Assembly (NCBI GenBank): GCA_051362555.1
Contig: CM120644.1
Coordinates: 12,980,567-13,044,566 of the forward strand
Origin: Lingula anatina
Lineage: Eukaryota > Animalia > Brachiopoda
Length of the DNA: 64,000 bases
Direction of reading: 5' to 3'
Made by a program: the position numbers and the translations under genes
Notes under the pieces: generated by a model
The model's input: only the letters and a program-made list of their open reading frames with translations
What the model was told of the DNA's origin: nothing
Database searches by the model: none
Shown: positions 25,576 to 37,015 of the stretch, one piece after another
How the letters are laid out: each line of letters opens with the position of its first letter
Position numbering within the stretch: position 1 is the stretch's first letter

Positions 25576-26798
25576 CCAGGACATTGATAATATATGGTCC
25601 ATATTTCTGTGACCTTTTGCTGCTGTATCCAGGCCTGTTAATGTAAAAAAAAACATTTTAGACTCAATTCCGGGAGACGACAAGCTGATAATTTAACGTC
25701 ATGACTCGCCAAAGCGCTAACGTTTTTTAAAATAGGTAATTACTTGATAAATAGGTCATTATCTCTACATAACATCAATTCATAATGACTATGTGATCGT
25801 CAGTTTTTTCCCTAATAAGCAAAAATTATCTTTCGAGGTTGATAATAACATTAAGCGAGTTCAATAGGGACTTTATGCGAGGGAACAAAAATTATGAAAA
25901 CAACGATTATTATAGCAACAATAGGGATGAGTATAATGCCAGTTTTGTTCATGTTTTAAAATGCCCAAAAGTGGCATTTTACCTTGTAAAGCTTTTTTCT
26001 ATCCCATATTCGATGTTGATTATGGGATAAAAAGCACATTTAAGAGTATTTAGTGTGGACATTAAACAAGGCCAAGGTGTTGGCATTTTGTAACTTCTGA
26101 CCAAAATGTACACTCTTGCTAAAAATGATGACCCCTTTTGGAAATAAAGGATATAACTTTTATTTCAAAGTTGCCAATTATTATTATCATGAAACCTTTT
26201 ATTCAGCTGGCTGTAGCCTTGCCCGGTACACAATGCCTTGTTTTTGCATTACTAGTCCACTTCCGTAATTTGAAAATTGTTTATCTGTATAACAATACTG
26301 GACAGAATGGCAGACCACGTGTACCCTAATAACGTAGTTTCCAGAGGACCAGCATACAGCAGAATCCTGATTCGTGGCCTGGGCCAAAAAGTACACACAA
26401 AAAACTTTTTCTGCCCAACAGAAGAAGTGGCGCCGCTTACAATAGCCCCGCAGCTTCATTGCCATGAAATCGTCATTGTAAGCAGGATGGCTTCAATTTA
26501 ACAGCATTGAAATATTGCTGATAATGATAATGATAATGATGTTTAAAAGAAGATTAAGAAGAAAGAGAGAGAGAGAAAGGTTACAGTAAAAAGAGGACGG
26601 GGGTAAACTATGAAGTTAAAATAACGTTTGTGTATTTTAATTCAATCCAAAACTGGCGAGAACAGTGTTGCATTTCTATTGTTCCTGTCTGGCGGGCACA
26701 CATTATTGATAACAATGACAAGACTGGAATTCATTAAAAGCCGTTTATTTACACATCAACTAAGTATGTTAAAATGGTACAATAATCAGTCATGTTGT

Positions 26799-29700
26799 TT
26801 ATTTACTATTTTTACCTTTCTTACTCTTTTTAGTCTTTTTGCCTTTTTTACTCTTTTTACTCTTTTTACTTTTCTTCGGTTCATCCTGACTACATCCGAC
26901 ATAGAGAAACTTAGCGGTTGTCGTGACGCTTTCACACACCGTCTGAGCGTCGCAAAAGTTCGGTCTAAGGCAAATCAACTCTGTGCGGCAGTTGAACTCA
27001 GTGGGGCTGTCCGTAATCACATTCTCGCTTGCTTGCTCGTGAAGGTACGTCTTAACCTGTTGGGGTGTTGGATTGTAATCAAGCGAACTCATGTAGGCTG
27101 CTGCGGCACCGGCAACAAAGGCACTCGCCATGGATGTGCCGGAGCGAACGGTGTATTCGTTTGGAGATCCGGGCGAGCTGCTCTTGATCATGTCTCCTGG
27201 GGCCCATAGAAATATTTCCTCGCCGTAATTTGAAAAGATTGCCCTAGTGTCACCTATGTCCGAAGCTGCAACGGCGACAGCTTGTGCCGCACTGGCGGGT
27301 GAAACATAGCGCGTTGGCACGTTTCCATTTCCAGCCGCTGCTATTACCATGATTTCGAAATTTACTAAATCGTTCACTACCGAATTCAAGGCTTCATTCC
27401 ACGGAGATACTACAGACAGCACTAGAAGAGATTTTCTTCTGTATATAAGGACTTTTAACCAAACCCAGTACATCATGCTGACAAGACCGCTGATTTGCCC
27501 CATGCCAAAGTCATCAAGCACTTTGACACTGATCAGGTTGGCATTTTTGGCCACGCCCACATTTTTCCCGCCAATAATACCAGCCAGGTGTGTCCCGTGA
27601 CCCATGACGTCATTATCGTCCCAAGATGCATTGGCCTTGGCGCCATATGTGACACGACTTGAGCCGTCTTCGCGAAGAAATTCTTCATGCTCAGCGTAGA
27701 CCCCGGAATCCAGAATGTACACGTTCACGTCGCTGCCTGTACCAACGATATTAAATGCCCCGTCAAGGGCGGCGTCTCTTTGGTCGATTCTATCAAGTCC
27801 CTGAGAAAGAAAAAGTGTGTGTATTACTAACAACTATCTACTTTTGCCAAATCCTTTTTGAAAATAAATTATATTCAGGTATTTGTGGTAGATTTAAAAT
27901 TTAAAATAATGATGTTGTTGATAAGGCACAGGCACTTTAAAATTACTGTACATGTACTCTCCTACAAATCAATCTTTTGACATAAACAGTTAAAGGAGAA
28001 AATATTTCGAGAGATAAATAAAATACAACAAACTGGTAAATAAAATAGAATGAAAAAGTCTGCCTTACCCAATTCCCCGCAGTATTCGTCGACGTTTGGC
28101 AGGCCTTGTTATTGGGCCTGTCCTCAGCTGGGCAATCACATGGGCAGAAACATATCTGTGCGGTGGTCACCACACCGTCCTGGTAGATGGCCTCGATCAT
28201 ATCTGTCTTTTGCCGCAGCCGTTGAATGTCCCTATCGAGAAATTGGCAAATAATTGTCAATAACAACACTTAAAATTCTACCACAGAAACTATTTCATTG
28301 AGAACGCAAAATTTCTCAACTTTAGTTTGAAGAAATTAAATTAAAAAAAAAAACTTTGATGAGGTGCATATTTTGCTGAAGTAGTTCTTGACCTGCAGTG
28401 AATTTCGTGAGTAAATAAATAGAATTAATTGGGGTTAAACGCATAACATTTAAGTGCACCCATTACACCCAAATAATTGTTTAGACTTGGACTGTTAGGA
28501 ACTGATTTCGGACTAAATCGCCTCGTTCTTCGATCATTAAGACCAAACATGGGTTTTAATTCGCGATTATTTTTATATTGAAACGCTCTGATTAATAGAC
28601 AGCTAAAATAAATATATTTAAATAAATCAATCAATAAATAAACGGACTGCATTTTTATGGTGGTCGCATTTTTCAAACGGCCCAACACTTACTCCTTTAC
28701 TGCCTCCACTACGACCATTTGAACTTCATTGAAATCCATCACCTCGCCGACTCGAGCACTCCTCCCTAGGGCAGTTAAACGCCCCTCAGCGCTCGACAGG
28801 AGCTCAGATTCTAAAGCATCACGAACGTCTGCCACTACGAAACATTTTAAAAGGGCATGTAAGTGTATAATTATAAAATGTTTTCTTTCTTTTTTTTTTT
28901 TTTTTTTTTGAAAAATCATTTAAAAATCATTATAATACAAATATCAATCAAGCTAAATGTACTGAAATGCATTTCAGCACCAAAGACATCACTCATGCAT
29001 CGTTGTCATGTTGAAAGAAAAATATTAAGAACTTAAATTCATGGCCTAATAATTTAGGCTTCGAATCAGTATAATCCATGAATTGTTTAATATCATTATC
29101 AATACATCGGCCTTATCATACCCATTTATTTATGTTTACATACCTGTACATGTAAGCTAAACACTAATAAGAAACAAAATACATACCGTTCTAGTCGGTC
29201 ACGTCTTTCTTCAGTGTTACAATGTTATTATCGTTATCTATTTTGATACCACCATGCCCATTTACTTATGTTTACATAACGTGCGTTTTAGTGTTCCGTT
29301 AATAAGAAACAAAATGCATACCGTTCTGGCCGGTCACGTCTTTCCTCAGTTTTACAATGTAAGTGTCCGGAATCCCATCCTCACCAGTATACGTGTGGAG
29401 CGCAACTGGAAAAAAAGAGATTGGCGCGTGGAAATAAATTGGTGATAAATCTTCAAGATTAAGCCCCCTTTTACACTGGACGGCGTGCTTTCTGCGTCCT
29501 GTATTACGGCCACGTTTGAAAGTAAAAAAAAAACTTTACGTGCTAACAACTGGCCGATCATTGAGTATTCATTCTGAAACAAAAGCGATGCATGTGCCTC
29601 GATCCTTTTCTACGACCACAGTGATGCCAGTTTCATGGTCGCTCAAAGGACGCAGAAAGGAGGCTGTCCAGTGTAAAGGGGGTTCTACAGAAAAAAAGAA

Positions 29701-30204
29701 CTCTACAAGAACAGAAGATGAAGGAAAGGACATTACATTTGAAGTTATATCATAACAATGTATCAGATCCTAGAGTTACAGTAATAGTCTTGTCAAATTA
29801 CAGCCAAACTCAGAATTGCTAAAGTTCCACATTATTTCTTTTATCATTTACTCTAATTTGGTACATGTACTTTGAATGCATAACTCGGCTATTGAATTTT
29901 TGTCGGGTTTATGATAAAAAGCGACTCGTCAAACAAATATTTTTATAGATATTTTATCTTAATGTTTTTTTTTTTTTCATTATTATCAAATCAAAATGTT
30001 CAGGTAGGAATCAATACAGATTCAGTTGAACTTTATGTTGAAATGTAGAGAGGCACACCTACCTTTGGTTTCATCAGCCGGGGAAACAAGCGGGTCTTGG
30101 ACGCCATTTTGGTCAGATTCGGTGACAAAAAGGCCCGCAGCTCCACAGGTGATGGCAATAGCTCCAATTATCAAAACAAATGACACCATTTGCGACGTCA
30201 TCAT
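26799..30204 (-). CDS. Secreted subtilisin S8A (proteinase K/aqualysin-like) protease with I9 prodomain and Lys-rich tail
   Basis: Coding exons 30204-30063, 29405-29322 (YIVKL), 28834-28693, 28231-28069, 27800-26799; intron phases 1,1,2,0, all in frame. Signal peptide, WGLDRIDQ, catalytic ILDSG / HGTHLAG / SGTSMAS and oxyanion AAGN. Non-coding exon donor near 30610. Confidence 0.93.
29165..29226. repeat. Partial duplicate of the 3' half of a protease exon and its donor
   Basis: Near copy of 29300-29360. Confidence 0.7.
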
Positions 30205-31421
30205 CGGAGTGTTCCTAGAAGTAAATAGTGAAATCACAAATATCATTGCTAAACATTTTAGATGATTAAATTAAAATTCAATTTTCCAAAAAAAAAAAAA
30301 AAAATGAAAGATAAAAAGATACCGGTACATTTGTAAATTAAGGGTTCGAAAATTATCATAAATAAAGTAATCACGTCTTTTAAGGCTGTCTATTCCATGG
30401 TGTTTTTTAAAAGTTGATTAACAATTTATGTGGTACTCGGGTATTAATGTTTTGATAGAATTTTAATGTTAAAAAAAACATGTACAATGACCAAGAACCT
30501 GTATGACTTCCTATTAACATTTCAATTTAAAACAGGAAAAAAATATTTTAGTCCTGTTTTAGGAATATTTATGTACCAGTACATGAAATGTAAATTAAGG
30601 AACACTTACCGTGAGTCAAAGATGTCGCTTCACTCTTTTCTTTTTTAATTTTTTGTCCAATTCTTCAGCTAATCCACGGGAAGGAATTTTACCAGAGCAA
30701 AGTTGAAAGCTGGCAGCAACACGTGCTAGTGCTTCTACCCACTGTCTTTAATAGCTTTGCTACTTGTCACTGATTTCTTTAAATATCCATCGGCTGCGTT
30801 TTAAAGAGCAAAGTTCCATCGTTAATTACAGTTTATTACTCTTGCCTCGCCCAAAACACTTTAACCCAATTAATAGATCAAGCTGATTGCTCATGATGTT
30901 AGCGAGTGACCAGGTAGTTTGTTTGTAGCAGGGGTCTGAATGCAGCAGTTTTAAAAGGTGAGCTAATTATAGTAATGGCAGATGCCATCGGAGCATTCGT
31001 CGTTAATTGTAACATTGTGCCAGTAGCCCTGTAATTAAACTTTGCCTGCATGCCAAGGTCAATTTCGGTGACAAGCCCCAAGCTGTGAAATTGGACGCTG
31101 TTTGACTCAGTTAGACGTGTACTTACTCTGATCATGAGATCTGAGTTATTGAAGGTATATTGGCTAATTGCTGTGACTACTTCTAGCTAAGAATGACGTG
31201 TTGTTAGTTTGCCACTTATTGAAAGACTTAATGCCCTAGCTCTCATAATCATGCAATCAGTAACCAAGATAGCTACCTGGTGATATAAACAGAGTTAAAT
31301 AGGTGACCTATACCAAGGACAATTCCCTTGCCCATACTAAATTTCTATTTTTTTTTTCTCTTTTAAAATCTAGCCGTGTCAGCCCTACGTACTGTGATTC
31401 GAAGATCATAACAATAGATCG

Positions 31422-31488
31422 GCCAATCAGCTGCCATCATTTTTGATAGGTGGATAAACTGGTACAAAACGAGGTGGGCTGTATAAAA
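31422..31488 (+). promoter_or_regulatory. CCAAT and TATA boxes of the plus-strand protease
   Basis: GCCAATCAG near 31422, TATAAAA at 31482-31488, then a non-coding exon ending AG|GTAAGC near 31633. Confidence 0.55.
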
Positions 31489-32021
31489 GTGTTAGTCTTT
31501 AGAGTTTCTGGAGAAACAAGTCGATCGCTGTATGTGACGTTTCTGAAGTTAGACATCGTGTTAGAGATACCTGAAAAGATATCGGCGTCTGGTGTGCATA
31601 AGTGCGAATAGAAAAACTGCTTAAACACAGAAGGTAAGCTACCTGTACACAGTTAAAATATGTGAATTTTCAATCAAGTGGTCACTTAGGTATTTCTCAT
31701 GTATGAATGAATGTCGGTATTCGCATGGTTGTTCTCTATATTGAATATTAATGGTGAATTGATCCTTATATTAAAATACCTTTGCGAAAATTTCGTTCGG
31801 ATTAAGTAGAATGCCTTTATATTTTATAGCATTTGTCCAATTACTTGTCTTGTACGTGTCTTGTCCTTTTTATATATATATATGAGATTAACAGATTTAT
31901 TTCGTAACATCCATACATTTTGAAGCTGCTATCAATGAATATCACCATAAATCCACATATTAAGACATAAATCAAATGGTACTCTTTAACGCCAAGAATG
32001 ATTTTTTTTTTCTAGACGAAG

Positions 32022-32306
32022 ATGACAAGATTTCTTGTGGTTGTTTACTTCTTGGTATTTTTGCCAAGTTCCTGCGTCGCGGGAGTCACGCGTGGGGACG
32101 TTGAAGAGGTCCAATCTTTGGGGCGGACGCAACGTGGAGCGCTGTTGAAGATTGCAGCAGACGACAAACGGGGTAAATACGGTGCTTCTGAGTTCTGCAA
32201 AATTAAAGAAGACAAAAGAATAGTCTTAACCTAATTAAAAGAGCAGAAATACTTCAATTTCAAAAACTTTCAAAAAACGACGAATCGTATAATAATTATT
32301 ATTATA

Positions 32307-32338
<32 letters not shown>

Positions 32339-33640
32339 CAGGCCCGTAGCCTGCAATTTCAACGGGGGGGTTCATTTTCTGAAAAAGTGGACCTTTTACC
32401 ATATAATCCCCATGTACCTACATGTAGGTCAAATTTTACCCAGAGTGGACCTTTTTCCAGCAAAAAGGGGGGTTCTTTCGAAGCCTGATTATTCGAGCCT
32501 GATTATTATTATTATTATCCTTTCTATTTTACCTAAGTTGAGTTACAAAAATACACCGGCGACGTGGGGATACCCGACAGTTACATACTGAAACTGAAAA
32601 ATGGAACAGGTATCGACCAAGGTAAGATATAATTTTACGAATTTGTTCTATCGTTTTCAGAAGGTGCCTAGGGACCCAAAAATTAATCGAACGAGGCAAA
32701 ATTGCTTTTAATCATTTTTGAAAGGCTAGAAAAGAGTCCTTGTTTGCTAAGATATGAAGGATATATGAAGGATTAAACCGTTCCTGATTCAATCATGATT
32801 TAATGGTGACTTATATTAAAATATATTGAAAAGTATCACGGATATCTTTTTATACATATTTCACCCACTTTACATTATAAATATTTTTTTCTTTCTACTA
32901 CTTTCTGTCTTTAATATCTAAGCATACTTTTTACCTTAAATCTCCTCAGTAAAATTATTACTAGTTATCCATGTATCTGATTTTCCAGTGGTTGAATATT
33001 TGGTGCCTTCTTGTATATTTCAAGTAAAAAGACTATACGCTCTTTCTTTCTCTTTTCCCCTTTCTCTTCATATTAGCTCTATTAGATGTACAAAAACATC
33101 GAAAAGATATGCCTTGCGAAATGAACGCTTACTGAAAGAGCATAGCGGAAATAAATATATGTGCGAATGGAAATAGTTTTAAATTACAGATGTCAGAAAG
33201 AGAGTTTTGATCGCTTTATTATTGATAACAAAACATAACAAGCTGGCATCTGATAAGTAACTGTCAACCAGTTGTGAGAGCAACCTCTTCCTATTTTTGA
33301 GTAGATTTTCATCGCAAGTACTAACGACAAAGACATATGACATACCTGTATAACTGCTGATAAAATCATTGTGGGCTTGTTTATGTAATGAAATGGTGTG
33401 GCTCGACAGAAAATGCCTCAATCGAGTTTTTAAAGCATTCGAGTTTAATGGCATTTTGCATAATTTTAATCAATCTCAAATGATCACCTTTTCAGCTTCA
33501 GATTTTATCAATTCCATAAAGGATGAAATGCCCCCGGATTTGTTTGACCGGACAGAAATAGGAGAGCCGGGTGCAGTGGGACAATTGAGATATCTTATGG
33601 TGAAGACTACAGAGGAGTGAGTATTTTAGAGTACGAGATA

Positions 33641-33682
<42 letters not shown>

Positions 33683-34209
33683 ATGAGGATGTGGCAAGTG
33701 ATTGTGTTACGTGTGCGTGTGTGTGCGTGAGTGTATGTGTCATGTGTGTGTAACGTGTACGTGTTACATGAGTGTGAGCATGTGCATATGCGTGTGTGAG
33801 ACAGAGAGAGAGAGAGAGTGAGAGAGAGAGGGATTGGAAATGAAACCGAGACCTAGAGGTAGAAAGAAAGAAGAGAGTGCATTTTCTTTTTCACTTTAAC
33901 CAATATGATTTTTAAGTATATACATTTTTTTTCGACAATACAGGGGCATTGAGTGGTTCAGGCTGCAGACGGATATAATAGACAGCATTTACCAGGACAC
34001 GTACGTTTATTCTGCCGGCTGTACATGTAATTGTCACTGCGAGAATGGTACAGATCTTGATGACGGGGCGTGCTGGTCATACTTTCCGGAAAATTGGGTA
34101 TGTATATGTGTGTGTGTGTGTGTGTGAAGTGTTTATGTTGTGTCTGTGTTTTGAAGGAAGTTTACTGAAGTCTTATGTGGTGTGCCCTAAGGTTTGCGCT
34201 ATAAAGTGT

Positions 34210-34281
<72 letters not shown>

Positions 34282-35298
34282 ACGCTAATCTGATCTATTA
34301 TCAACAATAGTATATCCTGCATTAAAATATCTAATTTTTTACCATAAAAAAATCATGCCACCGTAGGCACAGTTTTACCTTATTTACAACATTTATTTAT
34401 TTATTTACAGGGCCTTGACAGGATTGATCAAGCGAGTACGGCACTGGACGGTAAATTCAACATAGAAGGCACAGGAAGTGACGTCGACGTTTACGTGTTC
34501 GACACAGGAATATACCGGGAGCATATCGAGTTTTTGCGCGCGGATGGTACCAGTCGTGTGACCTTAGGAAACATAGCTAATGCTTCATGGTCAGCTGCTG
34601 ATGTTGATGGACATGGTACTCACGTGGCGGGACTTATTGGTGGAAAAACCGTGGGTGTGGCTAAAAACGTCAGTCTCATTAGTGTGAAGGTATTAGGGGA
34701 TGACGGATTTGGCTCCGATTTCGGTATAATCGCCATGCTCTCCTGGGTCCAAGAGCAAGTTCAGGCCACTCAACGTAAGTCTATCGTTAACTTGTCCCTA
34801 GGAGGCGAGAAAAGCGAAATACTAAACGACGCCGTTAACGCCCTTTTCACGGATGCCGGAGTTTTATCTGTAGTCGCAGCTGGCAACGAAAATGTGTTGA
34901 GCAAATACATCTCCCCAGCTAGCGCCACGCACGCCTTCACAGTAGGGGCAACGCAGCACAGAGATAAGAGAGCAACGTTTTCTAATTATGGGTCGGATGT
35001 GGATATATGGGCTCCTGGTGAAGACCTGGGGAGTAGCTCTAACGAAGGAGTGTACAGGTACCGACTCAGTTCGGGGACGTCCATGGCATGTCCATTAGTG
35101 GCTGGCGCCGCCGCTGTCTACATGAGTTCTCTCGACTACAACCCAACACCCTCAGAGGTGAAAGACCACCTTATTTCCACTTCACAGGATAACGTTGTCA
35201 CAGGTATTCCAGAGGAGTTCTGTTCTGATGGGATTTGTGAACCCGCAGAATCTGTGACCAGACTGTTACAGGTAGGCTGCTCCTTTGAAGAAGAGTAG
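32022..35298 (+). CDS. Secreted subtilisin S8A protease paralog with short acidic C-terminus
   Basis: Exons 32022-32172, 32538-32621, 33496-33616, 33944-34097, 34411-35298, with the same phases 1,1,2,0 as the minus-strand paralog. Catalytic VFDTG / HGTHVAG / SGTSMACP. Confidence 0.93.
33641..34278. repeat. (GT)n/(GA)n microsatellite tracts in the introns flanking protease exon 33944-34097
   Basis: Direct inspection. Confidence 0.9.
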
Positions 35299-36112
35299 CC
35301 CTAATTGTTGCTTATATCAGTGCGCTATTGACTTTCAAATTTTAGAATATCCAAGTACATAAAAGAGAATGTATCTGGCATACAAATGGCATTTAATGTT
35401 TAACATATCAATTTCAAATAATGATGGGCTTAATTTTTCCGTAAAATTGCCTTTTAAACCACCAAAGGTGAGATAATACGCACAACATTGTTAAAGTTCC
35501 TCCAAACGTATCCTCTTGTATATATAATGTTTTTATTGCAAACGGGTAGCCAAATGATCAGCAACGGCAAGTTACGTTAAGTCCTATTATTTTCTTACCC
35601 ATTAACGATAAAGCAACCGTTCAAACGGTTGTATGTAAATAAAAGTGTCCAAATATTGGTAAAGGTTAACTGGGGGTGGGGGACTATAGAAATAGAGTGA
35701 GGTAGAAATTACGTAAATAAAAAGAAACAACTGAGATGACTTGTATGTATCAATAAATGGTGAACCTTTACATAGTTTGATATGTTTGCACAATAGTAGA
35801 CAGTAAAAATATGCCTTCGCCTTCTTATCTTAAAATGTTTACTCTGTAAATAAACAAAAATTGTCTATACGCAAAGTATAGTGATAGCATAAATGTTTAT
35901 TATTCATACAGAAATGCAATTTATTTACTGCTTAATTAAAGCAACCGCGAGTAACGTTTGCTAAAAAAGTTTTAGAGTTATTATTAAATTTTATTGAAGG
36001 GAAAGGGACTAAATCGGCCGTTTTGTTTTGGAAAATGGAGTTGTGAGGGTATGGTTTAACACTTTGATCTTCCCATGGGGACGGTTCATGTTATGCCAAC
36101 CCCCCCCCCCCC

Positions 36113-36159
<47 letters not shown>

Positions 36160-37015
36160 CAATATATTTTCTTATCAAATTTAGGAAATTGAAGTAGTTT
36201 TGGAAAATGATTTGGATCTCGTCTGGAAAAAACACGGAAAACCACCTCTCTCTCCCTCTCTCTCTCAAACATCCACTAACGGGCACAACACATGGAAATA
36301 ATGGGGTTAAACATAGTTTAAACTAATGTTATTCAAACGAGTAATTAACCCTGATGAAGCCCTGATGAAAGGGGAGATCTGATCGTGACACAGCCAAGTT
36401 TTGCCAGTTGAGAAAGACTTAGTACATGAAGTACTGTTTAATTCCAAATGATAATTATTAAAGAACACGGCATTATATTCGCGAAAATATGGGACAATGT
36501 AACGACCATGTTACATTTTGTTTCACGGCGAAATATACTGTACAGCTACTTGATAAAACTTAAAATCGGCACCAAGTAAATTCTTGGACAAATGCTACAT
36601 TTCATTCGCCCAAGGTAAATGTAATAACTCTATTTAAAGTCTTCAAAATATCTTTCAAAGAACAGACAAAGAGGAAGACAAACATCCTCCACCGTACAAC
36701 TGCAGGGATGGACGACTTTCTGACAAAAAGGATTTCCCAATAGAGCATTATTAGTATGGTTTGATTTTCATAATTTCAAAAAAGGTCATGACCGGCTTGG
36801 TTGGTATATATGATAATGACTATATTTTCCTTTAGAAATTAGGACTTAACAATGGTTTTTTAGATGCATCTCTGTCTTGGTCATCCCTAAATGTGCTTTG
36901 TTATCAACTTCAACAGTCTAGCATCAATTGATTATGGAACTATGGTGTGCTTAATGTTGATGAGGACTATCAAAAGGTTCCAACTCATCGTAACGTAGGA
37001 AAGGTCAAATCTTAC

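Noticed and set aside
26199-26465. Cys-containing 88-aa ORF as a further peptide gene
   Set aside because: No signal peptide, and the frame is not conserved in the paralogous 15000-15200 region.
30899-31135. 78-aa ORF between the proteases
   Set aside because: No recognisable motif or splice support; lies in the presumed promoter spacer.
26799-35298. Bacterial or fungal contamination, or recent horizontal transfer of aqualysin-like proteases
   Set aside because: Conserved spliceosomal introns, microsatellites and animal-type transposons show long residence in this genome.
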